A DNA stretch of 63,827 bases, the filler included, from Chiloscyllium plagiosum (lineage: Eukaryota): NCBI RefSeq assembly GCF_004010195.1. It is 3 parts of one record of this genome, joined end to end, with 100 filler letters (N's around TTAATTAATTAA, not from the genome) between each part and the next. Parts side by side here need not be neighbours in the genome. Positions count along the whole stretch, not along the records: positions 20,626 to 46,832 come from NC_057717.1; positions 46,933 to 63,827 come from NC_057717.1; 1 more part is not named here. One strand, written 5' to 3'. The notes beneath the pieces were generated by a model. That model was not told where the DNA came from. It ran no database searches and saw only the letters and a program-made list of their open reading frames with translations. A program made the position numbers and the translations under genes. Each line of letters starts with the position of its first letter. The stretch's first letter is position 1. This document shows, piece after piece, positions 37,810 to 49,055 of this stretch.

Positions 37810-39376
37810 GAAAGGGTGAAATTCTGGAAAGGGTGAAAATAGATAAGTCCCCTGGGCCTGATGGCATTTATCCTAGGATTCTCTGGGAAGCAAGGGAGGA
37901 GATTGCAGAGCCATTGGCCTTGATTTTTATGTCCTCTTTGTCTACAGGAGTAGTGCCCGTAGACTGGAGGATAGCCAATGTGGTTCCCTTGTTCAAGAAG
38001 GGGAGTAGGGATAACCCTAGTAACTATAGGCCGGTGAGTCTCATTTCTGTTGTGGGCAAAGTCTTAGAGAGAATTGTAAGGGATAGGATTTATGCACATC
38101 TGGATAGGAATAATGTGATCAAGGATAGTCAGCATGGTTTTGTGAAGGGCAGGTCGTGCCTCACAAACCTTATTGAATTCTTTGAGAAGGTGACTAAGGA
38201 GGTGGACGAGGGTAAAGCAGTAGATGTGGTGTATATGGATTTTAGTAAGGCGTTTGATAAGGTTCCCCATGGTAGGCTACTGCAAAAAATATGGAGGTAT
38301 GGCATTGAGGGTGAGTTGGAGGTTTGGATTAGGAGTTGGCTGGCTGGAAGAAGACAGAGGGTAGTAGTTGATGGCAAAGTTTCTTCATGGAGTGCCGTCA
38401 CTAGCGGTGTTCCGCATGGATCTGTTTTGGGACCATTGCTGTTTGTCATTTTTATAAATGACCTGGAAGAGGGGTTAGAAGGTTGGGTGAGCAAGTTTGC
38501 GGATGATACGAAAGTCGGTGGAGTTGTTGACAGTGAGGAAGGTTGTGTCAGGTTACAGCGGGATATAGATAAGCTGCAGAGCTGGGCAGAAAGGTGGCAA
38601 ATGGAGTTCAATGTAGGTAAGTGTGAAGTGATTCACTTTGGTAAGAGTAACAAAAAGATGGGGTACTGGGTTAATGGTCGTATACTTGGTAGTGTGGATG
38701 AGCAGAGGGATCTTGGTGTCCATGTACACAGATCTCTGAAAGTTGCCACCCAGGTAAATAGTGCTGTGAAGAAGGCATATGGCGTACTGGCTTTTATTGG
38801 TAGTGGAATTGAGTTCCGGAGCCCTGAGGTCATGTTGCAGTTGTATAAGACTCTGGTGCGGCCGCATCTGGAGTATTTTGGTCGCCGTACTATAGAAAGG
38901 ATGTGGAGGCACTGGAACGGGTGCAGAGGACGTTTACCAGGATATTGCCTGGTATGGTAGGAAAATCGTATGAGGAAACGCTGAGGCACTTGGGGATGTT
39001 TTCATTGGAGAAAAGAAGGTTTACGGGTGACTTGATAGAGGTGTAAAAGATGATTAGGGGTTGAGATAGGGTTGACCATGCGAACCTTTTTCCACGTATG
39101 GAGTCGGCTATTACGAGGGGGCATAGCTTTAAATTAAGGGGTGGTAGGTATAGGACAGATGTTCGGGGTAGATTATTTACTCAGCGAGTCGTGAGTTCAT
39201 GGAATGCCCTGCCAGTAGCAGTGCTGGACTCCCCCTCTTTATTGGCATTTAAATGGGCATTTGGATAGGCGTATGGAGGGTCGTGGGCTCGTGTAGGTTA
39301 GGTGGGCTTGGATCGGCGCAACATCGAGGGCCAAAGGGCCTGTACTGCGTTGTATTTTTCTATGTTCTATGTTCTA
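37810..39376 (+). mobile_element. Young CR1 LINE with nearly intact RT domain
   Basis: 393-aa ORF with KSPGPDG, NYRPVSL, QHGF, DFSKAFD, GVPHGSVLGP and FADDTK. Small deletion/frameshift at ~38876. (TTCTATG)n tail. Confidence 0.97.
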
Positions 39377-39680
39377 TCTCCACTCATTTTCCTAAAACCC
39401 ATGGAATACAGTCTCTGTTCCTCCAATATATGCTCCCACAACAAGCCTGTTACCCTAGACATCAGTCAGGTCATCCTTCACTGCACTCCTTCAATGTTCA
39501 TTTTGTCTTTTATTAGGTAAGGAGACCAAAACTGAGCACAATATGGCACAATGTTCGGGATGGGGTCTCACCAAGGCCCTGTACAGCTGCAGTTAATGAC
39601 CCTTACGCTTGTATTCAAATCTCCCTGAAATGAAGATCAATACACTATTTATCTTCCTAACTCCTTACCGTCCAGGAATC

Positions 39681-39775
39681 TTCCTGAAGAAGGGCTCATG
39701 CTCGAAACGTCGACTCTCCTGTTCGTTGGATGCTGCCTGACCTGCTGCGCTTTTCCAGCAATACATTTTCAGCTC
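39681..39775 (+). ncRNA. PLE pLTR fragment starting with an intact minimal hammerhead (39682-39713)
   Basis: tc-CTGAAGA-a-gggc(tcat)gctc-GAAAC-GTC-ga followed by ctcctg..gatgctgcctgacctgctgcgcttttccagc. Confidence 0.7.
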
Positions 39776-40409
39776 CCAAATCCCGATCCTTGTTATATCA
39801 TCCAAGCCTTCTGTTCAAAAATCATTCTTTTATTCCTACTCAGTGTTTCCTGCCAGTTCTCCCATTCTAAAACCATGACCATATGTTAGACCCAGTCCCA
39901 CAGGATTCGAATTGGCACAATAGGATTGAGGCTTTATCAAAAATCTTTGAAATTCCAATCGTATGGCATTGATACCTTCTCCATAATTTTGCCAAAAGCC
40001 ACTTTTGCAAATATGATTCCCATTTCATAAATCTCTGTTCACTTTGTCTATACCCATTACTTCCAATCCCATACGTTCTCTAAAACTGTTAGTTGCTAAT
40101 TTCATTCTATCCCCTTTTTCTCACCAGAATAAAGTTCCCTAGTATTTCTAGGAAGTTTTCTTTTTTGTTTTGCTTTCTTCTGTGAAGGTATGATTGAAGT
40201 TATTGTTCTATAGTTCTGCTATTTTCCTGTCCTCAATTATCCGGTAACAGACTGCAGGAAAGCTGCACCTTTTTCTCTTAACTTTACTACTGATACATTT
40301 CCAGAAAATATTGGAAGTTCACTCATATAAGTTTTGATAAGATATTCTTCAGAAACCCATCAGTTCCTATCTTAAGTTACTCAATGATTGACCTTCCACA
40401 ACCATACAA

Positions 40410-41670
40410 TCACAGAAGCACAGAGTCTGTACCATCAGAAATACAGCACGGTCTACATTAGCCGTACTTCCCGACACAAGGCCTGCAGCCGTGAATCTTA
40501 CGGCATTTCAAGGGCACAGCCGTGTATTTTCTAATGGTTGTGAGGTTACCATAAGAATTTCCGTCTCAAGAAGCGTATTCCAGACCCGAACACACTCTGG
40601 GTGAAAAACAGTCCTCAAATTCTCACGAAACCTCAAACCCTTCACTTTAAAATTTTGGCCTTTGACTAAAAGGAACAGCTGCTGTCTATCTACCCTGTCA
40701 ATGTCCCCCGTAATCTTATCCTTCTGAATCACATCCCCCTCAGCCTTCTTTCCTCCAAACTAAACAACCCGAGCTTATCCACCCTCTCTCCATGGCTGAT
40801 ATGCTCTATCCCAGGGAACATCCTGGTGAATCTCCTCTGCACCCCTTAGAGTGCAATCACATCCTTCCTGCAATGTGGTTCCCAGAACTACACACAGTAT
40901 TCCATCTTGGCCAAACCAAAGTTCCGCATAGCTCTGATAGTCTATGCTTCGATGAATAAAGGCTATGTTCACGGTCCACTATGCTTTTTCAAATTGTATA
41001 TTAACTTGTCCGGTCACATTCAGGGATGTGTGGAGAAGCACCCTCTGACCTTCCTGCTGTGCTGACGTTCATTGAGTAATCCCTTGTCTGGTTACTTCTC
41101 CCAAAATGCATCACCTCATATTTATCAGGGTTACATTCCATCTGCCATTGATCCACCCATCTGACCATTCCACCTGTGTCTTCTTGAAACATAAGACTTT
41201 CCACCTCATTGCCAACAACCCGGACAATCATTGCATCAATCACAAACATACTTATCACCCCGCCCCACCCCTCGTCCATATTCACAGCTGCATCATTTAT
41301 GAATACCACAAGTAATAAGTTTAAAAATCACACAACATCAGCTTATCGTCTAACAAGTTTATTCACAGGCACGAGCATCGGAAGCGCTGCCTCTTCATCA
41401 GGTGGTTATGCATTTTGATGAAGAAGCAGCGCTTCGAATGCGCGTGCCTCTGAATAAATCTGTTAGACTGTAAGCTGGTGTTATGTAATGTTTAGCATTG
41501 TCCACCCCAGTCCAACACCAGCACCTCCGAATCACAAATAATATGGGTACAGCACTGATCCCTGGGGTGCACCATTGGACACTGGCCTTTAGTCACACAA
41601 ACGGCCTTCTACCACTACCTCCTGTCTCCTACCACTAAAGTTGATTTGGATGCAACTTAGCAAGTCAAGA
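40410..41670 (-). mobile_element. CR1 RT-to-3' region
   Basis: WVDQWQMECNPDKYEVMHFGRSN. Interrupted by a PLE palindrome at 41318-41532. Confidence 0.85.
41318..41532. mobile_element. Palindromic PLE-derived mini-element with two degenerate hammerheads
   Basis: Arms ~41325-41400 and 41416-41493. Flanking repeat cacaa(g/a)taata at 41307-41317 and 41533-41543. Confidence 0.75.
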
Positions 41671-41929
41671 ATGAATCCTAACTGTTCCCTTGATATTCTG
41701 TTCCGCTTGACACACTTGTAGATTATCTGGGGATTCTCCCAAATCTTGCCCAGCCAGCAGGTTTCCATGCACCTGTGTTAGTAAAGTCCCCATCCAAGTC
41801 AAGAAATTCCTCCTTATTGCAGTCTTAACTGTCCTGTCCCAGAGCATTACATTATTTGACTTGAATGAGAATTATACAGCCTGGGAAGCGTTCTGTTAAT
41901 TTAAGCGTTCAATGTTTTGTGAATTTTCT

Positions 41930-43300
41930 AAATTTCACTGTGACCCACCTCTCATTCTTTGAAGCGCTGGAGAACATAGGCCGAGTTTCCTTATAAGGCA
42001 ATCTCGCTATCTGAGGGATTAATCTGGAACATGCCCATTGCACATCCTCTGTGATCAGTATATTCTTTCTGAGATTCGGTCACCAAAACTGTGCACAATA
42101 CTCCAGGTACAGTCCCACCAACACGCTGTGACACTGCTTCAACATGTCTTTACATCAATGTTCTGACTCCCTTAAATGAAGGCAAACCAAACTTTAACTT
42201 TCCACGTACATATATTCCTCCAAATGCCCTTCACATTCATTGCATTTACGAACTCATTATTTGAGTTCTTATAGAAACCTTTCCGATAATCCAACATATG
42301 CCAGTTCTCGTGGTTCCCCATTGTCTATGCTGTAAGAAACAACTTCATACAAATTAATCAAATATGATTTCTCTAACAGAAATGCATGCTGATTTTCCCC
42401 ATTGTTGCTGTTAATTTCTAAATATCAAAAATCTCATCCTGTGTAATAGATTTCAGACGTTTCCCTACAGATATCAAGTTAATTGGTCTGCACTTCTCCA
42501 CGCTATGTCTTTTTCCCGTTGTAGCTGTTTGGATCCCTTCCATTCATCTATAGTGCTTGGATCACGTTTACTACCTTCCATTTATCTACAACGGCTTCCG
42601 GTCTCTGTAGAATGTGCAGGAAAATAAAACACAGTCATCGACAGTGCAATTAATACTTCTATTGGTGATTTATTTCTGACATTTTGATATGAAGAATATA
42701 CTGATCACAGAGGATGTGCAATGGGCATGTTCCAGATTAATCCCTCAGATAGCGAGATTGCCTTAACAGAACGCTTCGTCAGACTTAGCAATGCTCAATC
42801 CATCTCCATGTTCAAGTACTACCTTGTTACTGATATGAACTGACTTTATGTCTTAAGCTCCAGAAGGCCGATATGATCACTTGGTATTTCTGGGTGATTT
42901 TCTGGAACATCCTCCATGAAGACAGACGCAAAGTAACTGGCTATTTCTCGGCCATTTCCCTGCTCTCCACAATGACTTCTCATCTCCCGATTACAAATTT
43001 CTACATTTGACCTTGCTTTTATTTTTTTTCCTTTGAAATATAGATCGTAGATTGATGCAGTCGTGATCCTGTTTATTAGCATGCTTGTTCTCTTTTTGAT
43101 TGCCTTATCAGTTTCATGATCTTCCTTTTTCTGGATCGTTAATTTCTGAGAATTCTCAGGTTCAAAAATATCTGTAATTCTTCGGAAGTCACTTCCTATG
43201 ATTAATATAATTTCTAATTTATTATGTTAACCTTGAGTCACTTTCTCACTTTTTGGTGTTTGTACCAGAAATAGATAAACACATTTTTCAGACTTTGCAG
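41930..43300 (-). mobile_element. Old fragmented CR1
   Basis: caccaaaactgtgcacaatactccagg (reverse of LEYCAQFW) and ASYFASVFMED. Confidence 0.65.
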
Positions 43301-43307
43301 TATTTCT

Positions 43308-43812
43308 AAAATCTCCTGGTCTCCTGACCAGATATAGCCAGGAACACTGCAGGAGGATAGAGAAGAATGGTCTGAGTTATAGGGAGAGGTTGGACAAGCT
43401 AGTTGTTTTTACTTTAGTGTGTATGTTGCGGAGGTGGATCTGACAGAAGTGTATAAGATCATGACAGGCATGACCGAGTGAATGCACTCAGTCTTTTTTT
43501 CCCAGGGTTGGACAATTCACAGAATAGAGGGTATCAGTTTATGGACAGCGGGTAAAGATAAAAGAGTGCCTGAGGAACAATTGTTTTACCCACAGGCTGT
43601 ATACATATGGAATAAGCTGCCAGCGGAAGTGGTTGAGGTTGGAATATTAGAAACGTTTTAAAGGCATTTGGACAAAACACAGATAGGGAAGGATTAGAAG
43701 GATATGGAGCAATGGTGGAGAAATGGGGTTAGCGCAGATGGACGTTTTGGTCAGAATAGACTAGTTTGAGCCAAAGAGCATGTCTCCGTGCTGTAGGACT
43801 CTATGATTCTAA
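43308..43812 (+). mobile_element. Internally deleted CR1 (subfamily of 23210-25740)
   Basis: 43308-43365 matches ~24219-24273, then jumps directly to the 3' region, skipping the RT. Confidence 0.7.
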
Positions 43813-44159
43813 CAATCATTGCTTGTCTCCCACTGAATGTTATGTTGTACTTTCCCAATTCACTGAAGCTAAGTTGACCCTCTCGCATCCAGTCTTCCAT
43901 GATGTTTAACCAGAATGTTCAATCATTCTATATTGTATACAGGCACCATGTAAAGTGCACCTTATTAATGTATGTGTATGTGTGGATTGTAGTGTGTGGG
44001 GGGTGAGCGTGATGGTGGGTGAGTTGTGGAGCAGTGTGTGTCAGGATGGGGGGAAGGTAGGCCCGGGGGAAGGGAGANNNNNNNNNNNNNNNNNNNNNNN
44101 NNNNNNNNNNNNNNNNNNNNNNNNNNNNNNNNNNNNNNNNNNNNNNNNNNNNNNNNNNN

Positions 44160-44645
44160 ACACACACAGAGGGAGAGAGAGAGAGAGGGAGAGAGAGACA
44201 CACAGAGAGGGAGCGAGAGAGAGACACACACAGAGGGAGCGAGACAGAGACACAGAGGGAGACAGAGAGAGACACAGACAGAGGGAGAGAGAGACACACA
44301 CAGAGGGAGACAAAGAGATGGAGAGAGAGACAGAGGGAGAGAGAGAGAGGGAGAGAGAGAGACAGAGGGAGAGAAAGTGAGAGAGCGACAGATGGAGAGA
44401 GAGAGACAGACAGAGAGAGACACCGAGAGAGAGAAAGGCAGAGGGAGAGAGACAGATGGAGAGATACAGACAGACAGAAAAAAGGGACAGAGAGAGAAAA
44501 AATGGAAGAAAAGCAGTGAGAGATAAAGAAAGTGAGTTAGAAGGACAGAACTCAAGACAGACAGAAAGGTGGACGGACAGAAACATCGACAGAAAGGGAA
44601 GGGGGAAACTGAGGTTGAGAGATAAGTGAGGCAAGGGGAGACATG
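44160..44645. repeat. (GA)/(GACA)-rich simple repeat
   Basis: Purine-rich low-complexity tract next to a gap. Confidence 0.95.
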
Positions 44646-44671
44646 GAGAGGGTCAGGAGCCCCATACTCAC

Positions 44672-45542
44672 CATCCTAGCTGCTCTTAGCTCCATCACCC
44701 CAAGGTGTCCCACCAGGGACAGAGGCTGCTTAAATGGTCAACTCTGGGATTGAGATTCAAACACAACTCAAACGTTCTCTCACTAGCACAGAGAGACATA
44801 GAGACACTAACTCCCCAAATACTCACCCCTAGGCACACCACGTGGCAAAAGGAATGATGGCTTCCTGAACCTGGTTAAAATAGCCCCAGGTCTGTCACTC
44901 AAACCCCATCTCCTCCCAAATCCCAGCTGATCCAGTCAGCTCCCAGCTCCATTACCTGGAACCCACCTTCTTCAGGTATAGAACATACCAACTACCATCT
45001 TTGTGAGATTACGCTGGGGAGGGGGGGGGTTCTTGGAGAAAACAGCAAGTCAATGGGTTAGACCAGGGCTGGCCCAGTCTGTTCCTGTGTCTGTTCCCCC
45101 CCAAAACCACCCACTCAGCCCAGCCTGGGAATACACACACGGACACAGACACAAAGCTGCAGGTTCAAACCTTAAACAACCCCAGACACACAAAACGCAA
45201 AACCTCACAAGTTTCCCCAACAAAGACGTTTGTACAAGTTAACAGACATTCTTTGGACAAATTCATCCAGCATTTTGCAGAGCTGAACACAGGGTCATTT
45301 CACAAATTAAGACAAGAGTTTTGTGCAGATTGATACAACAGTTCTGCCCAAATTCACACAAATTTATTCCACATGTTTGCACAAGGTGTTTGCACAGACT
45401 GATGCAAATACAATGAACCAGTGAGCTCTGCGAACTTGCTGAGTTTGAGTTTGATCCGAATGAGAATACGTCTTTTTCCTGATGAACAGAGTCTCTTTCC
45501 TTCTCTGGGTTTAAGCATCGGTCCTGTCGCATTTGGATGCAC
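44672..45542 (-). pseudogene. Unidentified spliced unit: candidate exons 45542-45209, 45013-44956, 44870-44827, 44743-44672
   Basis: Each is bounded by a CAG acceptor and a GTGAG/GTAAT donor. Introns are 195, 85 and 83 nt. Every spliced frame contains stops. Confidence 0.5.
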
Positions 45543-45771
45543 CTGTTAAAAAAAAAGCTGCATTAAATTAATGCAGTTGAAGATATCCTCTTTTTAATCT
45601 GTGATTATCTCCAAAAGCTGTTTTGTTTGGATTGCTACATAATGCCTCTTTTCTCCTTCTCATTACATTGTGGTTTACCAACGTGTAAAATGTTGGGAAC
45701 TTTATACTGCTACATTTAATGTAATTTTATTCTCATCTCTGGCCAGAATCTGCCTGACTGCTCCATGGGGA

Positions 45772-45916
45772 GTTTACAATAGTCTTCCCTCTAGTGGGAT
45801 CAGAGCACATTGCTGTGAGTCTGTCTGTCTGACTGCATGTGGTGTTTACAATAGTCTGCCCTCTAGCGGGGTCAGAGCATATTGCTGTGAGTCTGTCTGT
45901 CTGACTGCATGTGGTG
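45772..45916. repeat. 72-bp tandem duplication containing CTCF-like motifs
   Basis: gtttacaatagtct(t/g)ccctctag(t/c)ggg..ctgactgcatgtggt x2. Reverse of 45856-45869 is CCGCTAGAGGGCAG. Confidence 0.8.
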
Positions 45917-45929
45917 TGAGAGGGAGAGG

Positions 45930-46700
45930 CGAGTAGTGACACAGTAAGTACGTTGGGTTCAGGGTGTCAGTGACGCTGTAAGTGTGAGGGTGTCACGGTG
46001 ACAGTGACCCAGTTAGTGTGAGGGGGTCAGTGTGATAGTGACACAGTAAGTGTAGGAGTGTTAGAGCGATAGTTATGCAGTAAGCATAGGAGTGTCAGGA
46101 TGATAGTGATACAGTCAGTGTGAGTGCGTAAGGGTGACAGTGACGTAATAACTGTGAGGGGGTAGGATGATATTGATGCAGTAAGTGTGAGGGCGTCAGG
46201 GTGATAGTGGCGCAGTAAGTGTGAGGGGGTCCGGCTGATCGTGATGCAGTAAGTGTAACCCTCACCACCATCCATCATTGTCCCAGCCTGACCCTCACCG
46301 CCGTCCACACACAGCCCCAAGGAATGACCATCACTGCCGTCCACACACAGCCCACAGCCTGAGCCTCACTACCATCCACACACCGCTGCCAGCCTGACTC
46401 TTACTGCCATCCACACACCGCCACCAGCCTGACCCTCACTGCCGTTCACTCACCGCCCACAGCCTGACACTCACCGTTGTCCACTCACCGCCGCCAGCCT
46501 GACCCTCACTGCCGTCCACACAATGACCCCAGCCTGACTCTCACTGCCATGCACACACCGCCCCCAGCCTGACCCTCACCATCACTCACACAATGCCCCC
46601 AGCCTGACCATCACTGACGTCCACACACCGCCTGCAGTCTGATACTCACCACTGTCCACACACCACCCCCACCCAGCACCTCAATGCCATCCACACAGCA
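45930..46700. repeat. Two abutting minisatellites (~33-bp G-rich unit, then ~35-bp C-rich unit)
   Basis: (gtgagggtgtcag..gatagtgacacagtaagt)n to ~46257, then (cagcctgaccctcactgccgtccacacaccgcccc)n. Confidence 0.9.
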
Positions 46701-46832
46701 CGCCCGCCTATTGCACTCAACACCACACCCCACACCTAACCCCACACAATCCCCACAGTCTGGCTCACCCCCACACACTCCAACACACACACACTGCCCC
46801 ACATCAACCCTACCGTCACGTACACCCCCCCC

Positions 46833-46932
46833 NNNNNNNNNNNNNNNNNNNNNNNNNNNNNNNNNNNNNNNNNNNNTTAATTAATTAANNNNNNNNNNNN
46901 NNNNNNNNNNNNNNNNNNNNNNNNNNNNNNNN
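46833..46932. other. Artificial scaffold linker N44-TTAATTAATTAA-N44
   Basis: Same 100-nt structure as 20526-20625. Confidence 0.9.
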
Positions 46933-49055
46933 TCCCAATGTGTCAGTGTGGGCTTCCTCTAGATGCTCTGGTTTCCTCAAACATTCCAAAGACGTGCAGA
47001 TTAGTTGGGTTAGCTGTGGGAAATGCTTGGTTACATGCTTCAGGTGAGATGCTGTTCCAATGGTTCGTATGGTCTCATGGGCCGAATGGGCTGTTTCCAC
47101 ACTGTAGGTATTCTGTCACTGAGCATTAGAGTTAAGAGGTCACATTGTGGCTGTTTAGGGCACTGGTGAGGCCAGTTTTAGAATACTGCACTCAATTCTA
47201 TTCTCCCTGATTTCGGAAAGATGTTACAAGGATAGGACACAACCTCCTAATGACAAATTCCTGGGAAGTGTTGAAGAACAAATAGATCGAGCAGTGCGGG
47301 TTAATAGGACCTTGAAAGTGGGGTTGAAGGTAGACAGGTCAGTGAAGGTGTAGTTTAGTATGCTAACTGTTACTGGGCAGTGCATTAAGTATAGGAGTTG
47401 GGAGGTCACATTTGGGTTATACAGTTTATTGACTCGGCAACTTCTGGAATGCCCAGACTGCTTCCAGTTCTGGTCTCCCTGCCATTAGAAAGATGTTGGG
47501 AAACCTAACCAAGTTGAGAAAAGATTTACAAGAGTGTTGCCAATATTGGTACATGTGAACCAAAGAGAGGGGCTGAGACAATTTTCCATGGAGCATTAGA
47601 TCGGGTGGGATGGCAGTATCCAACTTTATAAAGTTGTGGGGAGGAATGACAGGGTGACTAGTCACAGTTTCTATATTCCCAGTATAGCGGATTCCAAAAG
47701 CAGAGGATTTAACGTGAGAGGGGAAAGACTTCAACGGGACTGTAGGGACAACTAGCTTCATGCAGGCAGAGGATGGTGCATGTATGGAATGGGCTGTTTG
47801 GCATGGACGAGTAGGACCGAAGGGTATGTTTCCATTTTGTACATCTCTATGACTCGATTTTACTAAACTTGAATGGTTTCAGAAAATATCGACCAGGTTA
47901 TTGTTAGGACTGTGGAGTGAAAGGGAGAGGCTGAATAGGCTGGGGCTTTTTTCCTGGAGCGTCAGATACTGAGTGGTTACCTTATAGAGGAGGACAGATA
48001 GGGTGAGTAGCCAATGACTTTGTTTCCACCCAGTGTTGATGAGTTAAAAACTACAGAGCATTGGATCTAAAGTGAGAGGGGAAAGATTTGAAAGCGAGGG
48101 CCAAACCTTTCACTCAGAGGTTGGTGGGTGTATAGAATGAGGTGACATTAGAATGATGGATGCAAGTAGAATACAACATTTAAAAGGCGCCTGGAAGGGT
48201 ACACGAACAGGAAGTGTTCAGAGTGATATAGGCCAACTGGTCCCAAATGGGACTGGATAGGTTTAGGGTATTTGGTCTATATGGATGAGTTGAACTGCAG
48301 GAAACATTGCAGCCTTGAAGAAGCATTGACATGATCACACCAGGCATGTGTGATTGATGACCAGTATGGATAAGATGGGGGCATTGTGTTCAACAGTCTA
48401 ATCCCTGAGACACTGACTCCATTTTATTCTGTATTTCTCTATGATTCCCTCTTTTTGGAAGCTGGTAATATTGGGAAGCAGTGGAGAATGTTAATGGTAC
48501 CTCACTTTCCTAGTGAGAGAATTCCAGTACAGGAGCAGAGATATATTTCTGGAAGGACATTGCTGAGACCACACCTGGAGTACTGTGTGTACCTTTGCTC
48601 CCCTTTCCCAAGGAAAGCAATCCTGGTTATTGAGAGAGAGTAAAGCAGGAGCTTCGGAGGCTGAGGAGTAACCTCACAGAGGTTTATAAAATCATGAGGG
48701 GCATTGATAGGATTAATAGAGAAGGTCTTTTCCCTGGGGTGCGGGTGTCCAGAACGAGACGAAATAGATTTAAGGTGAGAAAGGAAATATTTAACAGGGA
48801 CCCAAGGGGTAACATTTTTTCACGCAGAGGGTGGTGCACGTATGGAAGCTTCGGTCAAGGCAAGTGGTGGAGGCTGGTACAATTACACCATTTGAAAGGC
48901 ATTTGGATGTGTATATGAATAGGAATGGGTGGAGAGGGATATGGACCAAGTGCTGCCATATAAGACATGATTAGTTTGGGATATCTGGTCGGCATGGATG
49001 ACTTTGACCAAAGGATCCGTTTCCGTGCTGCACATCTATATGTCTCGAGGACTCT
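46933..49055 (+). mobile_element. SINE 3' half followed by a pile-up of CR1 3' fragments
   Basis: V-domain at 46933-47000. At least three CR1 3' ends (~47855, ~48300, ~49050). RTLLRPHLEYCVYLCSP. Confidence 0.8.

Noticed and set aside
37779..38960. 393-aa RT ORF as a domesticated gene or retron-like system
   Set aside because: Ordinary 5'-truncated CR1 ORF2 with a downstream frameshift, stops and a normal CR1 tail.
44960..44980. Minus-strand CTGAAGA as another hammerhead
   Set aside because: No stem II or downstream GAAA box.
44827..45013. Resemblance of WYVLYLKKVGSRFR..ELTI to FIIND/ZU5 domains
   Set aside because: Similarity is too weak by eye and the reading frame is unresolved.
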